The position numbers were made by a program, and so were the translations under genes. The notes under the pieces are model-generated. The model worked only from the letters and a program-made list of their open reading frames with translations. It was not told where the DNA came from and ran no database searches. Positions 33,627-42,980 of a stretch of DNA of 64,000 nt are shown piece after piece; within the stretch, counting starts at the first letter, position 1, and every line of letters starts with the position of its first letter. Origin of the DNA: TPA_inf: Saccharomyces (taxonomy: Eukaryota); the NCBI GenBank assembly GCA_000146045.2, contig BK006948.2:544001-608000 (forward strand). Reading direction: 5' to 3'.

Positions 33627-34563
33627 GAAGTCTAAATGAGAAAAGGTGGTTCTGTAAGAGCAAACCTTACCGCCTTATGATCTTTTTCATTTATTCTCTG
33701 CTTTAAAATTTTGTCGTAATAAAAATAGTATGGTAATAGACTTATATATTATTTTCTTACACATTTTTGTCATATAGTTATATTCCGAATGTTTACAATC
33801 GAACCCATCATAAAAATGGACCTTTTCGTATTACCGCCCCCTTTGTAGAGGGGGAGGAACGGCAACTTCTTGACTATTACGACGTATCACCACCCCGTTA
33901 GATATACTATGGAAAAAACTATTAAAAACCATTATAATTCATTAATGACATCGGTCCTGAGGTAGTATTACGTATAACTTACCTGGCTCTTGGTCATAGC
34001 TTTTTATCCGTTTACGAAAAAAGGAGAAGAAGATTGGGCTTCCGCGGCTATTGTTTGGTTTATACCCCGCCGTATGTTGGTGCTTCTATAATTAGAGCGA
34101 AATAGGAAATACAAAAAATCCTTGGAGGGGAGGACCAGCCTCATCGGGCTAAAACTCCCTCAAAACCGGAGGGGCAACCAAAGTATATATCTCATTATGG
34201 CCGATACTTCTAGAGGCGCACTAACAGAAGCACCTCAGCCCCTGCAGGTGAAAGAAAGAGGTAATTAATTTTCCGGTTACTTACTTTCTCTCGCTATTGG
34301 GGAAAGCGTTGGTTCGAGGCGTTGAGGTCGAAGACAATCATTGTTTTCTTCTTATTTAAGTACATCTTTAGAAGAAAATTACACAACTGGAATGAGTAAA
34401 TCAATACTTGCTTTGTGTTCCCATTGTTAGATACTCTTGTTTTAGCATGTGATAGCAGTATATAATATAACCTGCAAAATAATCGAAACGCGTACACAGG
34501 AAAGAGTACATAAATAACCATAGTATATTTCTGGACATATCTTATTACACAACATAAAATAGA

Positions 34564-35793
34564 ATGTTTAACATGAATCTACTTTCTACACCTTCTTCTG
34601 AAGAGGGTTCTCCACAGAATAGGTCATCTTCAATGTCTTCTGTTGAGGGCAAGAAGGATAGGGACACCTTTACTAATTTGCAAAACGAATTTGATGGTAA
34701 AGTATTTGGCGTCTCACTCGAGGAATCACTGAAAGTTGCTCAAGAGGAAGTAATTATCCAAAAAAGTACAAATGAAATTGGTTCCATACCGGTGGTAATA
34801 GCAAAAAGTGGGAAATACCTAAAAGAGAATGCATTAGACACAACAGGAATTTTCCGTATTGCGGGAAGCAATAAACGTGTTAGAGAGCTACAAGCTGTTT
34901 TCTCTAAACCGCCCGATTATGGTCGTAAATTTGAAGGATGGTGTGATTTCAATGTTCATGACATTGCAACTTTATTAAAAAGATATTTGAACTCATTAAG
35001 TGAGCCTTTGGTTCCCCTAGCATTATACGACATTTTTAGAAATCCAATATTAGAAAACCCAAAAATAAATGAGCACAAAGAACAAATCATTAAGGACTAC
35101 GAAGATATTTATATGCTCTTACCACAACAAAATCGCCATTTAATACTTTATTTAGCCGCGCTCTTGAATTTATTTGCAAGAAATGAAAAGAAGAATTTAA
35201 TGTCAGCAAGCAATTTAGCGGCCATCGTACAACCCTCACTTTTGTCTCATCCCAAGGATGAAATGTGCCCGAAAGAGTATGAGGCTTCCAGAACTGTCAT
35301 CGAATTCCTCATACTACACGCTTCAGATATAATACCGAATACGGAAAAAGCGAATAAGGACACCATGCCGCATGCAGGAACAGTAGCAAAGTTTAACAAC
35401 ATTACCGTTCCTGAAATGGCTATTGACTCCGATGAAGAAGATTTTGTGCACCCTTCAATAGATGACCATATGCTTCCAAGGTCACGTGCACTTTCTGACT
35501 CCAACAATTTTACCATACATCATCATCATCATCATCATCATGCACTGTTTCCTAGCCCAATAGATTTTGATAACAATGGGCTTTCTGTACCGAGATCCTT
35601 TAAAGGTAGAACATTGAGTGCAGAGTCCCTTTCTCCCAGACTTAGTAAATTACTTGGGAACGTTGGAAACAGCAGCAATACTGGCATCAAAGACCCTACA
35701 GAAAGAGTTCCTAGAGGTGAACATAAAACCAAACACAAACAACGACAGTCATGGTTGAGAAGACTCACTAGCCCTTCTAGAACGCAGCCTTAG
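34564..35793 (+). CDS. BAG7: Rho1 GTPase-activating protein (RhoGAP domain) with internal His8 tract
   Basis: 409-aa ORF with RhoGAP domain (GIFRIAGSNKRVRELQ, arginine finger). Matches YOR134W. Confidence 0.92.
   Translation: MFNMNLLSTPSSEEGSPQNRSSSMSSVEGKKDRDTFTNLQNEFDGKVFGVSLEESLKVAQEEVIIQKSTNEIGSIPVVIAKSGKYLKENALDTTGIFRIAGSNKRVRELQAVFSKPPDYGRKFEGWCDFNVHDIATLLKRYLNSLSEPLVPLALYDIFRNPILENPKINEHKEQIIKDYEDIYMLLPQQNRHLILYLAALLNLFARNEKKNLMSASNLAAIVQPSLLSHPKDEMCPKEYEASRTVIEFLILHASDIIPNTEKANKDTMPHAGTVAKFNNITVPEMAIDSDEEDFVHPSIDDHMLPRSRALSDSNNFTIHHHHHHHHALFPSPIDFDNNGLSVPRSFKGRTLSAESLSPRLSKLLGNVGNSSNTGIKDPTERVPRGEHKTKHKQRQSWLRRLTSPSRTQP
35518..35541 (+). repeat. (CAT)8 trinucleotide repeat encoding His8 within BAG7
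   Basis: Eight perfect CAT units read directly. Translates HHHHHHHH. Confidence 0.95.
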
Positions 35794-36249
35794 CTTCCTA
35801 AGCACTGTGATCTGCTAGTCGATTCCGAGGTTCGGCGAAGAAATTGTCGTTGCCCCGCCAGGGGCCTTTTGCGATACTCGGCGCTTCTTTCAGCAATCTC
35901 GGTCCGCATCTCGGCAAGGGGGGGCATGACACGGGCCGCTCTGGTTGGTCAGTTCCTATTTTCTGTAACTTCCATTGTTTGGTTAAAGAATATATAAGTT
36001 ATTGAAAAGCTCATAGGTCCCTTATTATAGGCCCTAAGGTTTTAGTTTCTCATCATAGTCATATCAGAAAAACCCTCCTTCTAAAGTTTTCCTCTTTTCT
36101 TATTTCTTTTTCATTTATTATTCATATTTATATAAATATATATTCCAAGTGCATGACATTATTGGATACACTTTTTCTGAACCTGAATTACCTTGGTAGA
36201 TAATAAGATACAGATCGGGAACGAACAACAATTATAATATTTTTTAATA

Positions 36250-37359
36250 ATGTTGAGAAATACTTTTTTTAGAAACACCTCGAGGAGGTTTTTGGCTACT
36301 GTAAAGCAACCTTCAATCGGAAGATATACCGGCAAACCTAACCCTTCTACCGGCAAATACACGGTCTCGTTCATTGAAGGTGATGGTATCGGACCTGAAA
36401 TTTCCAAGTCTGTAAAGAAAATCTTTAGTGCAGCAAACGTCCCCATAGAATGGGAATCTTGTGATGTTAGCCCTATCTTTGTCAACGGATTAACGACCAT
36501 TCCTGACCCTGCCGTACAATCTATCACAAAAAACCTGGTTGCACTAAAAGGTCCACTAGCTACACCTATTGGTAAAGGTCACAGATCTTTGAATTTGACA
36601 TTGAGAAAAACATTTGGGTTATTTGCCAACGTTCGTCCCGCAAAGTCTATTGAAGGTTTTAAGACCACTTACGAAAACGTTGATTTAGTTCTTATCAGAG
36701 AGAATACCGAAGGTGAATATTCTGGTATCGAACACATAGTTTGCCCTGGCGTTGTTCAATCTATTAAACTGATCACAAGAGATGCCTCTGAGCGAGTCAT
36801 TAGATACGCTTTTGAATATGCAAGAGCCATCGGCAGACCAAGAGTTATTGTGGTACATAAATCTACTATCCAGAGATTAGCTGATGGTTTATTCGTTAAT
36901 GTTGCCAAAGAACTATCCAAAGAGTATCCTGACCTTACTTTAGAAACTGAACTTATTGATAACAGTGTGTTAAAGGTGGTCACCAACCCATCTGCTTACA
37001 CAGACGCTGTTTCTGTTTGTCCAAATCTATACGGTGATATCTTGTCCGACTTGAACTCTGGTTTGAGCGCCGGTTCTTTAGGTTTAACTCCATCTGCCAA
37101 TATTGGTCATAAAATCTCGATCTTTGAAGCTGTCCATGGCTCTGCCCCTGATATTGCCGGTCAAGATAAAGCGAATCCAACTGCCCTACTTTTATCTTCA
37201 GTAATGATGTTAAACCACATGGGTCTAACGAATCATGCTGACCAAATTCAAAATGCAGTATTGTCTACTATCGCATCAGGTCCAGAAAACAGAACAGGTG
37301 ACTTGGCTGGTACTGCTACTACTTCATCATTCACTGAAGCAGTCATCAAGAGATTATAA
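36250..37359 (+). CDS. IDH2: Mitochondrial NAD+-dependent isocitrate dehydrogenase, catalytic subunit 2
   Basis: 369-aa ORF with MTS-like N-terminus and isocitrate/isopropylmalate dehydrogenase signature (NLYGDILSDL). Matches YOR136W. Confidence 0.95.
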   Translation: MLRNTFFRNTSRRFLATVKQPSIGRYTGKPNPSTGKYTVSFIEGDGIGPEISKSVKKIFSAANVPIEWESCDVSPIFVNGLTTIPDPAVQSITKNLVALKGPLATPIGKGHRSLNLTLRKTFGLFANVRPAKSIEGFKTTYENVDLVLIRENTEGEYSGIEHIVCPGVVQSIKLITRDASERVIRYAFEYARAIGRPRVIVVHKSTIQRLADGLFVNVAKELSKEYPDLTLETELIDNSVLKVVTNPSAYTDAVSVCPNLYGDILSDLNSGLSAGSLGLTPSANIGHKISIFEAVHGSAPDIAGQDKANPTALLLSSVMMLNHMGLTNHADQIQNAVLSTIASGPENRTGDLAGTATTSSFTEAVIKRL

Positions 37360-37812
37360 AAGTCCTATTCTTTTCCCTCTCAGGTTTTTTCACGCCTTGA
37401 AAACAAATGACTATCCGTTTAATATAATGATTTCTGAAAGATTATGAAGTAAAAAAAAGCAAAATGCTTAGATATATAATATATACATACAATAAAAATT
37501 CCGTATCTACTCCAAACTTCTATGGCTTTGTCCTCAATGTGTTCTGATGTTTATTTAATAGCCTGAAGTTTTTATTAAGTATGTATACTTTTCGATATTT
37601 ATTCTTTTAATAATGCTACAGGAGACCATAAGTGATAACTCAAAATGTCCCTCAGTGGACTTGTAAACCAAAAAAAAAAAAAAAGAAAAAGAATTAAATA
37701 TATTATGTGTAAAAAGAAAACACCACCGTGTGTTATGTATATTTTGTTTATGTCTATCTATCATCTATCCTGCTGGCAGTCAATGTTCACCTTACAAAAT
37801 TAATCATTGAAA

Positions 37813-39681
37813 TTATTGCTTCCCCTTATAGATGTACTGATAATCGTAAACCTCGTCAACAAGATTGCTATTCCTCTTCCACGAAGTTATTTCGTCCAAA
37901 ATATCATCCAAGTTAAATAATCTAACGGTTGGATATATACCTTGGATTCTCGGCAAGCCTATACCAGCGGACCCACCGTAACATAACCACATCTCATTTT
38001 TTGACTGTAAGCAACAGTCATTATTATGTTCATGTCCGCAACTGACACCCTTTATATTCCAAAGACTCAGGATATCAAGGAAGCTTTTGTAATGTTTGCC
38101 ATTGATCGTCATTGAAACTTGTCCTCTAGACCTTGGCGTATCTACTGTTAAGGTAGACCTCTCATTATACTGCCCAATAATAGGAAATAAACCATGAGGC
38201 CTATATTCCGATAATGGAAAATATTGAAATGCCAAGCCAAAGTCTATTTTCCCAATCAGGTCGTTATAATCTTGTAGGAAATTATTGACGGGCGCAAATG
38301 AATCAAAGACGAAAAATAAAGCCTCTGATGGGTTTGTTTCGTCTTCGGTATCAATGTCTCTTTCCAAAAGAGTATTCTTCGTGAGCTTCTTTTTAAATGA
38401 GACTTCTATGGCCATATGACCCTCTTCTGATGCAACGTTGTTAAATGTGTAAGGTAAATTCCTGATAAAGTCTCTAATTTGTGCCGATGTGGCCAAATTG
38501 GATTCGTCAGAAACACCCAATGAAATTGCGTAGGGTATTTTATTAGAAATCATTGGTTGGACAACTTTCATAATGCACGTTTGATAGTCGATAGTATTAT
38601 GTGAGTCTAACAAATCACCTGTGATCACAACTAAATCAGGGTTTTCTGATGCGAGTACCCTATCAATAAAATTTACTGTTTTTATTTCATTGATTACGGT
38701 CATGCTATTATCCGTACATTTGAAATGAAAATCAGTTATTTGGAGAATTTTGAATGATCTTTGTCCCCTCGAAAATTGTATATGGGGAGATGTTATTTTG
38801 TAATCTGCATCGACTTGGATATTAATGTCTTTGCTGGGTGTTCTCAAAGAACCTAGCAATCCATTAGAAAATTTGTGATGATGGTTTTTGGTTTCAAGCT
38901 TTCTTGTAATTGATATGGGCAGAGAAGGTATGTTATTTCTATGAAATTCATGGATAACTTCTTTCCAAGAAGGCCTCGATTCAATAAACGATGATCCTAG
39001 ATATATTTCCAAATTAGTTATAGGAGCGTCATTATCATCATCATTAAGGATATACTTACACCATATGCCGCTCCCCTTGTATACCCACTCCTCACCGAAC
39101 ACAGCTATGTTATCTGTATCAACGGATATGCCGAAAAGCAGCTTCCACCATGACGAAGTAGGCTTTTCTCGTAGATACACATGATTGTGAAAGACAGAAC
39201 TGTCGCTCGATTTCACCAACTTATTAATGTCTCTCAGCACTTGTAGGGGTATTAGTGCTGAGTCCCTTGCTATGGCTAGTTCTTTTATTGTGTTTTTTGG
39301 ATTACTTTGGAAATCTTTCAGATGAACATATAAGTAACTGTTGTAGAATGGTCCAGACTGAAGTGAATACAATGTCTCTACAGTAATATTCTTAGAAACT
39401 CTGGTCCACAGAATGCTGTTTTTGTCTTTGATCTTTTTAGCAGTATTGGAGGGGTGTAATTTCGGGGCATACAAAGAACTACATTGCCTGTACCAATGGT
39501 AGCACCGCAGGATTTGAATATCGTCTATCATTCCGCCATGATATTCTGCTACATTATGATCCATTAATACATTTTTTGCATGTAGCTTTAGTGAATCTCT
39601 CGATAAATACAATGAAGTAATGCATAATATAAAAAGTATTCTCCTTAAAAAATTAAATCTTCTTCTATAATGTAATCTCAT
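37813..39681 (-). CDS. SIA1: Calcineurin-like metallophosphoesterase-domain protein with N-terminal signal/TM. Implicated in Pma1 activation.
   Basis: 622-aa ORF with hydrophobic N-terminus and metallophosphoesterase motifs (ITGDLLD, GHEHN). Matches YOR137C. Confidence 0.88.
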
Positions 39682-40308
39682 GCAAATATTTGAAGGGTAT
39701 TGTTTGCGAAGGTCAATGAATGTGATAAGAGCTAATTGTTGGAAAGTAAAATAATCGAAAGGAATGAGAAAAAGGTAAGTTATTTAAATCTCTTTTGGAA
39801 ATGAAACTAAAGCAACTTGAAAGAAATTTCAAGAAATAATGAAAACCTCGAATTAATCGACAAATGAAGAGTACTGCAGAACCGAAATTGAAAAAAAAGG
39901 TCGTAAAGTTGAAATGAATTGAAGTCAGAATTAAAATAGAAGGGGTATTGTTGCGGCTAAAGTAAAATAAAGAAAGGAGAAGTTAGAAAAAGCAACTCAA
40001 TGATCTTGTGTTCGAGGCTATATTATAATAAGTTTAGGACTTGGCATTATTTCAGATCAAAAGTATAAAAATTAAAACTGTCCTTTATCTGTCAACCTTT
40101 TTATTTTTGTTTGATCCTTAGAGTCTAATTTATGTCCGTAAATAGAAGTTTTCGGATTGCGGGCGCAGTTAGCCTCCAAGCGGAGTTTCTATAGTATTGA
40201 AAACGTAAACTAGTAACATATATGCGGTTCAAAATTACTAGAGAAAATGAGATCATAGTTTAAAGAGACATACGTTATTTATCTGGCGGAAAGTGTATAG
40301 AAATCTAT

Positions 40309-42324
40309 CTAATTATCAGAATCGATGTCATCGTCATTGTCATTATCGTTACCATTGTTAATATTGTTGGTGGCTTGTTCAGGATCTCCCATACCATCGA
40401 AAAATTGCGAACGCAATGTTTTTAATGAATTTTGGTCATCCTCAGCAAATTTTAAGCACCCGCTATTGCTTTTCAACGCTTCCGCGACTACTTCTTCCGT
40501 GGGAATTTTACCCTCTTCACAGTATATGAACATCAGCGGAGTTTCACTTGCGTACTTCGTGCCATGCTTGATGGCTTCTTGAACGACAGAAGGCGACGAA
40601 CATTTTTTCACCTTGAATTCTGTTCCCAACGTATTACTTTGTATCCATGACCATGCACCGTTTCTGCTTCTGATAAAGTATGAATATGGCGATAGTGCTG
40701 CCATTGTGAGGATGTAGGGATTTTCGATCAGTCCCAATTGCTTTGCAGTGTTGATTATGTGTGTCTCTGGATGTGAAAGGTTCCATTCTCCATGCAGTTT
40801 GGACGCCAAGTCCTTATATTCCTCCATTTTAGCGGCTCTCGCAGAATTTAATGTATCTTTCAACGATGCGATCTGCTTTGCTGCTTCATTATTAGCATCG
40901 TCAGGAATTGTTTGTAGATACGCCAGCGTCGACTCTAGAATAGTGGATATGTTTTTGCCTTGGTAACTCTTTAACTCGTTGATCTCTTGAAGCAAGCATC
41001 TGGATCTGGTCCGCGCTTGCTTTCGTTTAGAAATAATATGTCTTATTAGTTGGTCTTTGCACTGTTTGGTGTAAAGCTGTGGGTAAAACTCAAGCGGTAT
41101 ATCCACGCCATTGGGTAGAGACACTGATTCTGTATTTGTTTCTAGTTCATTGAACAGGATTGTTAATACGGGTGCCACCTCCTTCAAAGTATTCTCCGGT
41201 TCCACATATCTCGCCTCTTCTTGCTCGCCACCACGAATCACGTCTTCTTCTTCTTCCTCTTCTTCGGGGTACAATAAAACGTTGAACATTTTATATAGAT
41301 TAGAATCGTACTCTTCAGGAAGAAAATGAAACAAGGACAAAAACGTCTCCATTGGAGGTTCATTCTTGTTCGGAGTATGCAAAGCAGAAGATATAAAGAG
41401 ACTTCTTGTTTCCCGGTCTCTGATCCCAGGACACATTTCCAAATCCACTGCCAATGATTTGATAAACGCTGGGAGCACCTCATAAAGATGCTCGGAATCG
41501 GCCAGCTTGGACCTCAATTGCGGTTCCAAGGACGACGTAAACACCTTGGCCGAAACAAAGGCTCTTTCACACTTTCGCGTGTTAACCACGGAGATGAGTT
41601 TTTGCAACTGCCAGAGCAGATGCGGTTGCAACCCTTCATTAGGTCCGCTGGCCAGCACGATCTCCGACGTAGTGGAACCATCTTCTGCCTCGCAATATGC
41701 AAGTCTGTATTTGGGCTCCGTAAACGATGAGCCCTTGAACCAGTCTGCCCTATAGTTCAAATCCTTAAAGTCCGGTTTCAAGAACACGTGTGGGAAATAC
41801 ACGGCCGTGAGCAACGCAAACAGCCCAAAATAGCTCTCAATTAGACTATTCAAGGGTAGCGGCAACACAACCGTAGGATCGCCCACGTTCGACTTGAACT
41901 CGTTGTGTTGTACTATACTATAAGAGGGGGGAGGAATGGATGTCTCCGATATAGAATAACGATCGTAGTTCTGAGCAGTAACCCTGCATCCGCTGGTGCT
42001 ATTAGAACCGCTGCGTTCATCCGTGATGTCTTCATCGTCATCATAATCAACATCGACACCACTCACATCCGGCATATCAATGTCTTGGTCCCCGTTGTTC
42101 GGAACATCGCAGGGCTTGGTTCCAGCCACTATTTTGTTCTCAGAAATCCTAGGCTGACTGCCATCATTCTCCTCACCCATTTCCGCTTGCTCCGGCAGCT
42201 CGTTCGAAAAGATGAAGTTAACTGCTGCCTCCAAATTACCGCCAGTTCTTTGGAGGGCGTCCACAGCTACTTCGTGTGGAATACCCATTTCTAGCAGTGA
42301 CTTTACAGCCTGATTATCCATCAT
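40309..42324 (-). CDS. RUP1: UBA-domain protein that modulates Rsp5/Ubp2
   Basis: 671-aa ORF with N-terminal UBA-like helix bundle (MMDNQAVKSLLEMGIPHEVAVDALQRTGGNLEAAVNFIF) and acidic tracts. Matches YOR138C. Functionally linked to UBP2, which is also in this window. Confidence 0.88.
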   Translation of the reverse strand: MMDNQAVKSLLEMGIPHEVAVDALQRTGGNLEAAVNFIFSNELPEQAEMGEENDGSQPRISENKIVAGTKPCDVPNNGDQDIDMPDVSGVDVDYDDDEDITDERSGSNSTSGCRVTAQNYDRYSISETSIPPPSYSIVQHNEFKSNVGDPTVVLPLPLNSLIESYFGLFALLTAVYFPHVFLKPDFKDLNYRADWFKGSSFTEPKYRLAYCEAEDGSTTSEIVLASGPNEGLQPHLLWQLQKLISVVNTRKCERAFVSAKVFTSSLEPQLRSKLADSEHLYEVLPAFIKSLAVDLEMCPGIRDRETRSLFISSALHTPNKNEPPMETFLSLFHFLPEEYDSNLYKMFNVLLYPEEEEEEEDVIRGGEQEEARYVEPENTLKEVAPVLTILFNELETNTESVSLPNGVDIPLEFYPQLYTKQCKDQLIRHIISKRKQARTRSRCLLQEINELKSYQGKNISTILESTLAYLQTIPDDANNEAAKQIASLKDTLNSARAAKMEEYKDLASKLHGEWNLSHPETHIINTAKQLGLIENPYILTMAALSPYSYFIRSRNGAWSWIQSNTLGTEFKVKKCSSPSVVQEAIKHGTKYASETPLMFIYCEEGKIPTEEVVAEALKSNSGCLKFAEDDQNSLKTLRSQFFDGMGDPEQATNNINNGNDNDNDDDIDSDN

Positions 42325-42980
42325 CGTAGCTTACTTAACAAAAATCAATTACTTAAGATTCCTTTTACAGGTGACGACTCTCCTTTTCCGGCTTCTTCTC
42401 TTCTTTCCTCTACTCCGACAGGTCCTTAAGCCTTGTAGTGAGAAGTACCTTTCAACAATAGTATCTTTTACTTCCGTGCCGGGTCGCCCGGACATCACCC
42501 GCCCGGCACAGATGCCTTGGCAGCAAGCGCATCCATCGCTGCATCTCCGCCGGAAAAACAGATGTTCAGTACATGAAAAGACGTTTTTATTCGACATAAA
42601 CTTTTTCAGCTAGCAAGAAGGATCTCTTTTTAAACACTCTATACAGGTGCACACAAAGGGTTGTTGAAACAGAAACACAAACGCACGGCGAAATAATATT
42701 ATTTATTCGACTTACGAATTTTTCAAAGAAGTCGTACTGGTGTGAAGTGGAAAGTTTCAAAGATAGTTTGAAAAGCAGGGAAAAAAGAACATAGTGAACC
42801 TTCATCGCCACAGTGACAGGTTCAAGGAAAAAATTCACACACACACACATACGCATACGCACACAAAGCACTCAGCTCTATATACATAACAAAGAATATT
42901 GTAATTCGACACTATTTGGTACATTCAGAGGGTCCTAAGACAGCACAAATCAGTTATATAGAAAAAAAGAAGAAAAAATC

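Noticed and set aside
33781-34000. Possible C/D-box snoRNA (AATGACA ... CTGA at about 33945..33960) downstream of EFT1
   Set aside because: The C box is not a proper RUGAUGA. I could not find terminal stem complementarity or a guide region. I kept the interval only under the GC-rich island finding.
33780-34330. ARS consensus (WTTTAYRTTTW) search in the EFT1-BAG7 intergenic region
   Set aside because: No 11/11 or convincing 10/11 match seen by eye.
36159-36527. Minus-strand 122-aa ORF overlapping the IDH2 start and promoter (YOR135C/IRC14, dubious)
   Set aside because: Overlaps the IDH2 N-terminus antisense. Any phenotype is most simply a cis effect on IDH2.
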